From Candidatus Eutrophovita brisbanensis (GTDB lineage: Bacteria > Pseudomonadota > Gammaproteobacteria > Burkholderiales > Eutrophovitaceae): a stretch of DNA of 64,000 bases. The position numbers and the translations under genes are program-made. Each line of letters begins with the position of its first letter. Position 1 is the first letter of the stretch. A model generated the notes under the pieces. It made no database searches. It was not told where the DNA came from and saw nothing but the letters and a program-made list of their open reading frames with translations. This document shows positions 36,415 to 46,416 of this stretch, piece by piece. The stretch spans positions 513,437 through 577,436 of the forward strand of contig JAYQTM010000001.1 of NCBI GenBank assembly GCA_038147395.1, in the 5' to 3' direction.

Positions 36415-37971
36415 AATTCTCCGAAGCCAAACGATTCCTTAAAAGCGAGTTGGCTGAAAAACACAATGATAATTACGGGAGTTTTCAAGCCGCTTTCAAT
36501 GATCTTGGTGTTTCCTTCACAGGAGTTCAAATAGATAGCCGAAGAGTCTCAGATGGAGACGTTTTTTTTGCATATCCGGGTTCATCTCTTGATGGAAGAG
36601 ACTATATAGACCATGCAGTGTCTCGAGGTGCTTCAGCCGTAGTTTGGGAGTCAATTGATCAAGTGAAGCCCGTGGCCGTTAACGTCCCAAATTTTGGCTG
36701 GAGGGAAATCCGAAAAATTGTTGGCCAGTTTGCGTCTCGATTTTACGGGAATCCCAGTCACTTATTAAAAATTTGTGCGGTCACTGGTACGAACGGAAAG
36801 ACTACGTGCGCTGAGTGGATTGCTCAAGCATTAGTCAAACTCGGGCTGAACTCGGCGAGTATTGGTACATTAGGCATTCGGAGCTATGGCACCACCGTTG
36901 AACACGATTCCCTTTTGGGGCAAACAACGCCTGATGCGGTCACGCTTCAACAGGCGTTTCGTAAACTTGTCGATGGCGGGGTGAGTGGAGTGGCGATGGA
37001 AGCCTCGTCCCATGCTCTCGATCAAGGTCGACTAGATGGGACAGAGATAGACGTCGCACTATTTCACTAATCTAACGAATGATCACCTAGACTATCACGG
37101 TACGATCGATGAATATGGACTAGCTAAGTCGAGGTTGTTTTCTACACCGAATCTCTCTAAGTCGGTTCTCAATATTGACGATGAATTTGGAAAAGAGATT
37201 GCTGATCTGCTTCGTTCAGTTGGGCGAAATGTGGTGACGTACAGTTATGAAAATCCTTTAGCTGATGTGCGAGTAAAAAATTTATTCTTAGATGTATCCG
37301 GTGCAAAATTTGACTTGGTTACTCCCTGGGGCATAGGAGAGATCAACAGTTCTTTGATTGGTCGCTTCAATGTGCAAAATCTACTCGCTGTGACGTCGGT
37401 TCTTCTGAGTCTTGGATTTAAATTTCCCGAAGTCTGTAATGTGGTGAAAAAATTGCAGCCAGTTGACGGTCGTCTTCAAAAGCTCTCGGGTGGTTTCTCG
37501 CGCTCCGTGTTTATTGATTACGCCCATACACCCGATGCGTTGCGTCAAACGTTATCCGCCCTTAATTCAATCAAACAAAGTGACGCTAAATTAATTTGTG
37601 TATTTGGTGCAGGGGGCGGTCGAGATTCAACAAAGCGCTTCGACATGGGTGAGGCAGTTATCAAAGGTGCGGATGTCGCTATTGTTACCAGTGACAATCC
37701 AAGATTCGAGGATCCAAAAAAAATAATTTCAGACATTGTTGCCGATAATGTTGATGGCTATCTTATTGAAGAAAATCGAGAAGCCGCGATAAACCTGGCC
37801 ATCGAGATGTCCGCCCCTGGGGACATCGTGTTGATAGCGGGCAAAGGTCATGAAAAATATCAAGATGTCAGGGGTAAAAAAATACCGTTTGACGATGTGG
37901 CGATATCGACCCAAGTTTTGAGAAGCATCGAGGGTGACTGCTCGGGAAGAGGAGTGTCTGTGAATGTTTGA
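36411..37971 (+). pseudogene. murE: UDP-MurNAc-L-Ala-D-Glu--2,6-diaminopimelate ligase MurE, reading frame broken (ORFs 36411-37070 and 37135-37971)
   Basis: The N-terminal ORF has GTNGKTT. The frame from 37051 reads FTNLTNDHLDYHG, the conserved MurE motif. Removing one T from TTT at 37062-37064 restores ...DVALFTNLTNDHLDYHG. Confidence 0.9.
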
Positions 37972-39328
37972 CATCGCTCGATACGCGAAGGAGTCCAAGA
38001 CAAAATTGATCGGGCCAGAGAATACCGCCGTGTCGAATGTGTCGACTGACAGCCGGGCCGTAAAACATGGTGATTTGTACATTGCGATAAAGGGACCAAA
38101 TTACGATGGCCATAGTTTCATAGCTGAAGCATCTCAAAATGGGGCGGTCGCCTGTATGGTTTCTCGTGTCCCGGATGGTCTTGGTAAAAGCGTTAAAAAT
38201 TTGGCTTTTCTAGTTGTGCCTGATACGCGTGTGGGATACATCGAGCTGGCTAGATGGTGGCGTAATCAATTTTCACCTTTAGTCTTTGGTATTACTGGTA
38301 GCAACGGTAAGACAACGGTGAAAGATATGCTCGCAAAAGTGCTGCGGGCATCCTCTGAGGATGGTGCCGTTTTGGCTACAGAGGGTAATCTCAACAACGA
38401 CATTGGTGTACCTCGAATGTTGCTTCGTCTTCGGGCATCACATCGCTTTGTCGTGTTGGAGCTTGGCATGAATCATGCGGGTGAGATGGGACTGTTGTCC
38501 AAGTTAGTCAGGCCAGATATTGCGCTAATTACGAATATTGGAACTGCGCACATCGGTGAGCTTGGCTCGCAGGACGCCGTCGCTAAGGCGAAGGCAGAGA
38601 TTTTTACAGGGGTTCGGCAAGACGGAATAGTAATTTTGAATTCAGATGACGCGTATTTTGATTTTCTAAAGGATCAAGTTAAGGATAAGTCCATCATAAC
38701 GTTTGGGTTCAACGATTCGGCGGATATTCGCGGTGAGGCACTCGACTCAAACAGGTTGAAGATTGTTAGTGATTTTTGTAACGTTTTGATCCGACCAAAA
38801 GTAAACGGTCAACATAATAAAATAAATATGCTGGCGACTATTGCCGCGACTAGCAAGTTAGGATTACCCCAATCTTCAACTCAGAAAGCGCTAGAAGAAT
38901 TTTCCGGAGTAAAAGGGCGTCTAGAGGTGACCAGGCTGCATTCTGGAGCGATGTTGATAGACGACTCGTACAACGCTAACCCTGATTCGGTCAGTGCGGC
39001 GATTCGCTACACGGCCTCGATGAGCGGCACAAAAGTTTTTGTGTTCGGAGATATGGGTGAACTAGGGACCTTTGGTAATGCCATGCATGCAGCCGTTGGG
39101 ATTGAAGCAAAGAGGAGAGGTTTTACGCACCTTTTTGGTATTGGAGAACTGTCACGGCTCGCTGTCGAGTCTTTTGGCAGCGGTGGCGAACATTTTTTAT
39201 CTGGCAAGAAATTATGTGAGCGAATTTTAACGAGCCAAAGTCCTGGAAGTATTTTTTTAATCAAGGGCTCGAGGTCAATGCGGATGGAGCGATTTTGTTT
39301 GGCGCTAAAGTCCGGCACATGTGAATAA
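37964..39328 (+). CDS. murF: UDP-MurNAc-tripeptide--D-alanyl-D-alanine ligase
   Basis: 454 aa with GITGSNGKTT and NIGTAHIGELGS, in the dcw position of murF. Confidence 0.95.
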   Translation: MFDIARYAKESKTKLIGPENTAVSNVSTDSRAVKHGDLYIAIKGPNYDGHSFIAEASQNGAVACMVSRVPDGLGKSVKNLAFLVVPDTRVGYIELARWWRNQFSPLVFGITGSNGKTTVKDMLAKVLRASSEDGAVLATEGNLNNDIGVPRMLLRLRASHRFVVLELGMNHAGEMGLLSKLVRPDIALITNIGTAHIGELGSQDAVAKAKAEIFTGVRQDGIVILNSDDAYFDFLKDQVKDKSIITFGFNDSADIRGEALDSNRLKIVSDFCNVLIRPKVNGQHNKINMLATIAATSKLGLPQSSTQKALEEFSGVKGRLEVTRLHSGAMLIDDSYNANPDSVSAAIRYTASMSGTKVFVFGDMGELGTFGNAMHAAVGIEAKRRGFTHLFGIGELSRLAVESFGSGGEHFLSGKKLCERILTSQSPGSIFLIKGSRSMRMERFCLALKSGTCE

Positions 39329-39339
39329 GGGTGTAGATA

Positions 39340-40414
39340 ATGTTTTTGAGCTTAGCGCAGTATTTACAAGACTACTTCAGTGCATTTAACGTTTTTTCAT
39401 ACATTACTCTGCGCGCCGTTTTGGCGGCGTTAACGGCGCTATTGATATCTTTTATTTTGGGCCCGCGCATGATCCGAAAGTTAACGGCTTATAAAATTGG
39501 ACAGACGATCCGAGAAGATGGGCCAAAGACGCATGAGGTAAAGACCGGGACGCCGACGATGGGCGGCGCGCTTATATTAGCGTCGACAATAGCGACAACG
39601 TTACTTTGGACGGATTTGTCGAACCGGTGGGTGTGGCTTGTCCTCATCGTGACTGCGCTATTTGGCCTTGTAGGATGGATTGACGACTATCGTAAGGTGG
39701 TTTTGAAGAGTCCACACGGGTTGACTGCAATTCAAAAATTTTCTGCTCAAGCATTGTTCGGTCTTGGAGCGGCTATATATATTGCTGTCTTCTCTGATCC
39801 GTTGCTGGTGATCCCATTTTTTAAAAATGCGGCTATCCCTCTGGGTGGGGTGCTATTCGCCATTTTGGCTTTTTTTGGTAATCGTGGGGAGCAGCAATGC
39901 GGTAAATTTAACCGACGGTCTGGACGGACTAGCAATCATGCCGTCGGTCATGATTGCTGCTGCACTCGCGGTGTTTGCTTATGTTGCCGGTCACTACGAA
40001 TTCTCGAGATATCTTGCTTTTCCATATGTGCCAGGTGCGGGCGAGTTGGTTGTTTTTTGCGCTGCGTTAGCTGGATCTGGGCTGGCATTCTTATGGTTCA
40101 ATGCGTATCCCGCCGAGGTGTTCATGGGGGATGTGGGCGCTTTGTCGATTGGTGCCGCGCTTGGTGTTGTTTCAGTTGTGATTCATCAGGAAATTGTCTT
40201 GTTTATCATGGCCGGCGTGTTCGTTGTCGAGACGCTATCTGTAGTGATTCAGGTCTTGTCTTTTAAGCTTACTGGCAAACGAGTATTCCGTATGGCGCCA
40301 CTGCATCATCACTTTGAATTAAAAGGGTGGAAGGAAAATCAGGTGGTTGTTCGATTTTGGATTATCACCATGATGCTGATATTGATCGGCCTCTCGACGC
40401 TCAAGCTTAGATAA
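39340..40414 (+). pseudogene. mraY: phospho-N-acetylmuramoyl-pentapeptide transferase MraY, reading frame broken (ORFs 39340-40266 and 39827-40414)
   Basis: The N-terminal frame matches MraY up to ...FAILAFF. The second frame continues [19 protein letters not shown]...HHHFELKGW. Removing one T from the T7 run at 39870-39876 joins them. Confidence 0.9.
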
Positions 40415-40462
40415 ATATTCAAGTTTATCCTGTGGATACTTCATGATCACGACCTTTGGACA

Positions 40463-41845
40463 ATGAGTTACAAGTTTCCCTTTGGCGATAGTGCACTGGT
40501 TTTGGGTGTAGGGAAGACGGGAGTCTCTGCTGTTCGTTGGCTTCTTAGTAGGGGGCTGAGGGTCTTTGTGTGGGACGCCGATCGAAATGCGATTGGTATA
40601 TCCTCGATTATCGATGAGTTACCTGACGCTAAGGTATTTCTTGAAGATCTTTCCAAATTCGATTTTGAACAAGTGGACGTCGTTATTCCGAGCCCAGGGA
40701 TTCCACTCGCTGACCTTCAATTGGAAAATCTAAATGAACAGAGTAAGCCAATTATTGGTGATATCGAAATTTTCATGTTTGAGAATAAAGAGCGAATGCG
40801 TGCTCATACAGTCGCTGTAACTGGCACCAATGGTAAAAGCACCGTCGTAAAGATGGTCGAGGCAATTCTAAATGGGCAGGGGAAAGATGCGATTGCCGTT
40901 GGAAATATTGGGGTACCAGTACTGGATATTTTGTATGCCATCGAACACGGCGAGAGGGCGCAGCCCGATGTATTTGTGATCGAGTTGTCAAGTTTTCAGA
41001 TCGAAACACTACAGTCGATGGATTTTTCGGTGACTTCTATTCTTAATTTGTCCGAAGACCATCTGGATCGTTATCCCTCGTACTCCGATTACAAACAAAC
41101 GAAGGGTCGGCTTTTTAATGGTGAGAGCCGAAAAATTGTTAACCGTGACGACGCGCCAGCCCGCGCTTTGTTGTCTCACGATCTTGCGGCGGGTAGTTTT
41201 GGTTTGGCAGCCCCTCAATCTGCCAGTGAGTGGGGAACTCGAGAGGTTATGGGGGAGCGTATGCTGTGCTGGGGAGATGTCGATATTTGCCCTGTCTCTC
41301 ACCTCAGTGTTGGTGGTCAACATAACGTTCTAAATGCCTTAGCGGCACTAGCGATAGCTAATCAGGTTGTTGACATCGATGAAAAGGGAATAAGAGCGCT
41401 CGAGTTGTATGAGCCATTAAATCATCGTATGCAAATTGTTGGCAATATTCGAGGAATTACATTTTTGAATGATTCGAAAGCTACGAATGTTGGGGCGACT
41501 CTTGCTGCGATAACTGGTGTAAGCGGTCCATGTGTATTAATTTTGGGTGGCGAATCAAAAGGACAAAATTTTACGGAACTTAATCAAGTACTCTCAAAAA
41601 AAGTCTTATGTGTGGTTTTGATGGGTCGAGATGCAGGACTCATTCATGAGATGATCTCGGCCAGTGGCGTGTCGATTGTCGGTGTCTCGGATATGCGCGA
41701 GGCAGTTAAGGTCTCGCTCAATATGCTAGGCGATCGCGGTGTGGTTCTTTTGTCGCCAGGATGCGCCAGTTTCGATATGTTCGAAAACTATGCTCACAGA
41801 GGAGAAACATTTGCGAGAGAAGTAAACAGGATGTCTCTCTCATGA
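40463..41845 (+). CDS. murD: UDP-MurNAc-L-alanine--D-glutamate ligase
   Basis: 460 aa with VLGVGKTGVS and VTGTNGKST, in the dcw position of murD. Confidence 0.95.
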   Translation: MSYKFPFGDSALVLGVGKTGVSAVRWLLSRGLRVFVWDADRNAIGISSIIDELPDAKVFLEDLSKFDFEQVDVVIPSPGIPLADLQLENLNEQSKPIIGDIEIFMFENKERMRAHTVAVTGTNGKSTVVKMVEAILNGQGKDAIAVGNIGVPVLDILYAIEHGERAQPDVFVIELSSFQIETLQSMDFSVTSILNLSEDHLDRYPSYSDYKQTKGRLFNGESRKIVNRDDAPARALLSHDLAAGSFGLAAPQSASEWGTREVMGERMLCWGDVDICPVSHLSVGGQHNVLNALAALAIANQVVDIDEKGIRALELYEPLNHRMQIVGNIRGITFLNDSKATNVGATLAAITGVSGPCVLILGGESKGQNFTELNQVLSKKVLCVVLMGRDAGLIHEMISASGVSIVGVSDMREAVKVSLNMLGDRGVVLLSPGCASFDMFENYAHRGETFAREVNRMSLS

Positions 41846-43017
41846 TTGATCGAAAACTTTCAAATTCAGCGAGCAGTCAGCTCCAATCAAGACTTGGTTT
41901 TGATGAGATTTTATTTTGGTTGACGATTACTTTGTTGGGTCTAGGTGTAGTCATGGTGTTCTCTTCGTCGATCGCGCTTGCCGAAAATTCCGTTCTATCG
42001 GGGGGTAATCTTTACCAATACCTTACGCGGCATTTGCTGGCTTTATGTATCGGGGTATCCCTTGCGCTCGTTGCGACGCAAGTTTCCGTCAAGTATTGGC
42101 AAAACTTTGCTCCCCTCTTGTTCCTGCTAGGCCTCGTCATGTTGTTCCTGGTGTTGATTCCTGGGATAGGTCATGAGGCGAACTATAGCCGGAGGTGGTT
42201 TCGATTTGCCGGGTTAAGTTTTCAACCGTCCGAATTTATGAAGTTTGCAGTTGTCATCTATGCAGCTGACTACACGATTCGAAAAGCGTCACACATGTCG
42301 AGCATCAGGAACGGGTTTATGCCGCTGTTCGGCGTCATGCTTGTTACTGGAGTCCTTCTTTTACTCGAGCCCGATTTCGGTTCTTTCGTTGTAATTACCG
42401 CAATCGCGATGGGTGCACTCTTTCTTGGAGGCATGAATTGGAGATGGTTTGCTACCTTGACCGTACTGTTATGTGTGGCATTCGTGGCTTTAATCTTCAG
42501 TTCAGAATATAGAACGGAGAGGGTCTTCGGATTTATGAATCCATGGGCAGATCCTTTTAACACAGGGTATCAGCTCTCTCATGCATTAATGGCGTTTGGT
42601 AGTGGGGGTATTTTTGGAGTCGGGCTTGGTGGGAGTATTGAAAAATTATTTTATCTGCCAGAGGCTCATACGGATTTTATTCTCGCGGTAATTGGCGAGG
42701 AAATGGGTTTCGTCGGAGTCGCTCTCACCGTTGCAGCATTTGGATGGCTAGTCCTTCGTATGATAATGATCGGCAATCAAGCGGCTCGACTAGAGCGCTA
42801 TTTTTCATCTTTGGTGGCCTACGGTGTGAGTGTATGGATTGGCGTGCAGTCTTTGATCAACATGGGGGTGAACGTTGGTTTGCTGCCAACCAAAGGGTTA
42901 ACGTTACCCTTGTTGTCATTTGGCGGAAGTGGGTTGATGATGAATTGTTTGGCGATAGGGGTTCTTTTTAGGATTGACTATGAGAATCGTATTTTGATGA
43001 AAGGTATGAGTCTTTGA
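41842..43017 (+). CDS. ftsW: peptidoglycan glycosyltransferase FtsW (SEDS family)
   Basis: It is a multi-TM SEDS protein (PSEFMK, TDFILAVIGEEMGF). The start is set at ATG 41842, which forms an ATGA overlap with murD. Confidence 0.9.
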   Translation: MIDRKLSNSASSQLQSRLGFDEILFWLTITLLGLGVVMVFSSSIALAENSVLSGGNLYQYLTRHLLALCIGVSLALVATQVSVKYWQNFAPLLFLLGLVMLFLVLIPGIGHEANYSRRWFRFAGLSFQPSEFMKFAVVIYAADYTIRKASHMSSIRNGFMPLFGVMLVTGVLLLLEPDFGSFVVITAIAMGALFLGGMNWRWFATLTVLLCVAFVALIFSSEYRTERVFGFMNPWADPFNTGYQLSHALMAFGSGGIFGVGLGGSIEKLFYLPEAHTDFILAVIGEEMGFVGVALTVAAFGWLVLRMIMIGNQAARLERYFSSLVAYGVSVWIGVQSLINMGVNVGLLPTKGLTLPLLSFGGSGLMMNCLAIGVLFRIDYENRILMKGMSL

Positions 43018-44075
43018 AGCCAAAGATTTTGATAACAGCAGGGGGTACTGGGGGACACATATTCCCTGCTTTAGCGATGGCTGATCGTCTTTCCAATTTG
43101 GGGTGGTCGGTCTATTGGATGGGGGGCACTCACGGGCTCGAGGGCCGGCTCGTCCCCAAAGACAAGTACCCGACGTTGTTGTTGAATTTTTCGGGTGTTC
43201 GGAAAAAAGGTGTTTCGCGCTTGTTGCGTCTCCCTTTTGATCTCATAAGGGCGATTTCCGTAGCGCTTATTTTTATTTTAAAAATGAAGCCAAATGTTGT
43301 TTTGGGTTTTGGTGGCTACCCCAGTATTCCCGGCGGAGTTGCTGCTGTCCTTGCGCGTGTCCCTTTGGTTATTCATGAGCAGAACTCGGTACCAGGTTTG
43401 GCTAATAAATTATTATCAAAGTTCAGTAAAACAATTTTTCTTGGTTTTCCGAGTGTGCTGAACGGCGGAGTATTTGTTGGTAATCCCATAAGAAAAAGTT
43501 TTAATGACATGATGTCCCCAATGGGTAGATACAGTGGGAGAACTGGCCCTATTTGTTTGCTGGTAACCGGAGGTAGCCTTGGAGCCCGGAAATTTAATGA
43601 ATTGGTCCCACTTGCTATCTCGAAAATGCCAGCCCTCTTAAGACCGATAGTTGTCCATCAAGCAGGCGGCGGTAATTCGACGCTTGTCTCGAATCTTTAT
43701 GAGCAGTATGGTGTTGAGGCGCGGGTGGTTGAATTTTTTGATGACATGGCTGCCGAGTATGCCGTCTGTGACTTGGTCATATCTAGAGCAGGTGCCCTAT
43801 CAGTATCGGAAATCGCGACAGCTGGTGTTGCCAGCATTTTGATACCTTATCCATTTGCAGTTGACGATCATCAAAGAGTGAACGCAAGCCACCTTGAGAA
43901 AATTGGCGCGTGTCTTTTGCTGGATGATAAAGATCTCACCGCTGATCATTTATCGAATCTTTTATCGACGTTAACGCGGGAGCAGTTGCGAGACATGGCT
44001 GGTTCAGCACAGAAATATTCATCCGCGAGAGCCGTTGATGACATGTGTGCACGTCTTGAGGAGATGTTTCGTTGA
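43014..44075 (+). CDS. murG: UDP-GlcNAc--lipid I N-acetylglucosamine transferase
   Basis: It has ILITAGGTGGHIFPALAMA and a C-terminal G-loop. The TTG start overlaps the ftsW stop (TTGA). Confidence 0.95.
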   Translation: MKPKILITAGGTGGHIFPALAMADRLSNLGWSVYWMGGTHGLEGRLVPKDKYPTLLLNFSGVRKKGVSRLLRLPFDLIRAISVALIFILKMKPNVVLGFGGYPSIPGGVAAVLARVPLVIHEQNSVPGLANKLLSKFSKTIFLGFPSVLNGGVFVGNPIRKSFNDMMSPMGRYSGRTGPICLLVTGGSLGARKFNELVPLAISKMPALLRPIVVHQAGGGNSTLVSNLYEQYGVEARVVEFFDDMAAEYAVCDLVISRAGALSVSEIATAGVASILIPYPFAVDDHQRVNASHLEKIGACLLLDDKDLTADHLSNLLSTLTREQLRDMAGSAQKYSSARAVDDMCARLEEMFR

Positions 44076-45511
44076 AACACAAGGTTAAGTCAATTCATTT
44101 CGTCGGAATTGGTGGGTCTGGCATGAGTGGTATTGCTGAAGTGTTGCACAACCTTGGGTTCTGTGTGTCGGGGTCTGACTTACGATCATCGCATTCTACC
44201 GAGCGATTGAGGAATCTTGGCATCAAGATTTTCATCGGTCATTCAGGAGGGAATGTTGAGGGCGCAGATGTTTTGGTGGTCTCGACCGCCGTCGGTAAAG
44301 GGAACCCTGAAGTCGAGTACGCAAAAAAACAAAGCATACCGGTCGTGCCACGAGCCGCGATGCTAGCTGAATTAATGCGATTTAAAAGTGGAATCGCAGT
44401 TGCAGGAACACACGGCAAGACCACAACTACGAGCTTGGTCGCGAGTATACTCGCCGAGGGGGGGTTAGATCCGACTTATGTCATTGGCGGCAGACTCGAG
44501 TCTGTTGGGGCCAATGCGAAGCTTGGGGCGGGGGACTTCATCGTCGCGGAGGCGGACGAGTCTGATGGATCTTTCCTTCATCTTAGTCCGACAATGTGCG
44601 TCATAACTAACATCGATCACGATCACCTTGAGACGTACGATCATAACTTCGATCGACTCATCCAGGCGTTTAATGACTTCGTATCACATATCCCTTTTTA
44701 CGGTTGCGCTGTCATGTGCATTGATGACATCGGAGTCAGGCAGCTATTGCCGAGACTATCGAGACAGGTCGTAACATACGGTTTTTCAGCAAATTCAGAG
44801 GTCCGCGCATTACAGGCGAGCTACTCCGGTGGTGCGATGAGTTTTATCGTGCGACGTAAGTTAAAAGCTCACAAAAAAGAGTATCCAGACCTCAACATTC
44901 GCTTGAATTGTCTGGGCAGGCACAACGTGCTGAATAGTCTCGCAGCAATTGCGGTGGCGACTGAGTTGGGAATTGGCGATGACGTTATTTGCCGTGCGTT
45001 AGAGAAGTTCCAGGGGGTCGGGAGAAGGATGCAGCATTTGGGAGATATCGTTTTGGGCGGTAAAACGGTCAAGTTGATCGACGACTATGGCCATCATCCC
45101 AACGAGGTGGCGCCGACCCTTGAGGCAATTAGAGAGGCTTACCCGGATAGAGAAATCACATTAGTCTACCAACTACATAGGTTTTCTAGGACCAGAGATT
45201 GCTTTGATGATTTTGTAAGAATTTTGAGTAAAGTCGACTCGCTGATCTTGACAGAAATTTATGGGGCTGGAGAACCCCCGATACCTGGTATTACTACTGA
45301 TAACTTGGCCAGCTCGATCCAGATGACATCTAAGGTCAAACCGATCTGCGTTAAAGATTTTGACGAACTGATCGAAGTGCTTCCTGAGGCGATCAGTGAC
45401 AGAGGGGTCCTGGTCACGATGGGTGCTGGGTCGATTGTTCAGGTGCCCGCGCTACTCGCCACCCAGCTAAGTACCTCTCGGGATGACGGTGTTGTAGGCT
45501 TGCCCAGGTGA
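44072..45511 (+). CDS. murC: UDP-N-acetylmuramate--L-alanine ligase
   Basis: It has IHFVGIGGSGMSGIAEVL and GTHGKTTTT. 479 aa. Confidence 0.95.
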   Translation: MKHKVKSIHFVGIGGSGMSGIAEVLHNLGFCVSGSDLRSSHSTERLRNLGIKIFIGHSGGNVEGADVLVVSTAVGKGNPEVEYAKKQSIPVVPRAAMLAELMRFKSGIAVAGTHGKTTTTSLVASILAEGGLDPTYVIGGRLESVGANAKLGAGDFIVAEADESDGSFLHLSPTMCVITNIDHDHLETYDHNFDRLIQAFNDFVSHIPFYGCAVMCIDDIGVRQLLPRLSRQVVTYGFSANSEVRALQASYSGGAMSFIVRRKLKAHKKEYPDLNIRLNCLGRHNVLNSLAAIAVATELGIGDDVICRALEKFQGVGRRMQHLGDIVLGGKTVKLIDDYGHHPNEVAPTLEAIREAYPDREITLVYQLHRFSRTRDCFDDFVRILSKVDSLILTEIYGAGEPPIPGITTDNLASSIQMTSKVKPICVKDFDELIEVLPEAISDRGVLVTMGAGSIVQVPALLATQLSTSRDDGVVGLPR

Positions 45512-46416
45512 GTATAGTCGTGAAAATTGAATCTCGAGTTCAGACCAATGTACCGATGTGGAAAAAAAATACCTTGAGAATTGGTGGGGATGCGGCTTTC
45601 GCATATTCGCCATCTTCCGAGTCAGATTTGGTTGCTTTCCTTAAGTCTGGCCAACACCTGGATTCTCCTTTTTTATTTTTGGGGCTAGGCAGTAATTTGT
45701 TGGTTAGAGATGGTGGATTTCCAGGGCTAGTGATTTACACGCACAGAGGGCTCTCTGATCTACGCATTTCGGATGTTGGGGGCGAGAGATTGATCTACGC
45801 GAGTGCTGGAGTCCCAGTTCCCAAGCTCGCTCGCTTTGCTGCGACCAAGGGTTTCCATGGGGGCGAGTTTATGGCAGGCATTCCTGGGACTGTTGGAGGA
45901 GCATTGACGATGAACGCGGGGTGTTACGGGCAAGAGACATGGGATCATATCGAGAGCGTGAAAACCGTAACGCGAGAGGGAATAGTGCGACAAAGGCTGC
46001 CCTCAGATTTCTCTGTTTCGTACAGATGCGTGAAGCCAAATTTTGATGGTGAGGAATTTTTTTTAGGTGGAACGTTCCGTTTCAGTTTGGGTGACTCAGA
46101 TCTATCCAGGGAAAAAATCAAGGATCTTTTGAGGAAGCGTGTTGCGGAACAGCCTTTAGGTCAACCAAATTGCGGCTCCGTATTTCAAAATCCGAACGGG
46201 TACTACGCGGCTAGGCTTATCGAGGAATGCGGTTTTAAGGGGAGATCGATTGGTGGAGCGAGTGTTTCGACTAAACACGCAAATTTCATCGTAAACTGCG
46301 GGGGTGCGACCAGTCGGGATGTTGAAAACCTGATGATTGAAATAAAGAAAACCGTTAAGAGACGGTTCAAGATTGATTTACAAACAGAAGTCAGGGTAGT
46401 CGGAGAGAGCCTTTGA
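45508..46416 (+). CDS. murB: UDP-N-acetylenolpyruvoylglucosamine reductase
   Basis: 302 aa with an FAD-binding region (LGLGSNLLVRD) and SVFQNP, located between murC and ddl. Confidence 0.9.
   Translation: MSIVVKIESRVQTNVPMWKKNTLRIGGDAAFAYSPSSESDLVAFLKSGQHLDSPFLFLGLGSNLLVRDGGFPGLVIYTHRGLSDLRISDVGGERLIYASAGVPVPKLARFAATKGFHGGEFMAGIPGTVGGALTMNAGCYGQETWDHIESVKTVTREGIVRQRLPSDFSVSYRCVKPNFDGEEFFLGGTFRFSLGDSDLSREKIKDLLRKRVAEQPLGQPNCGSVFQNPNGYYAARLIEECGFKGRSIGGASVSTKHANFIVNCGGATSRDVENLMIEIKKTVKRRFKIDLQTEVRVVGESL

Noticed and set aside
39880-40266. A Cys/Arg-rich tail of ORF 39340-40266 (…[37 protein letters not shown]…) that looks like a Cys-rich peptide domain.
   Set aside because: It is the out-of-frame reading of mraY after the T7 frameshift. 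The overlapping frame encodes canonical MraY sequence.
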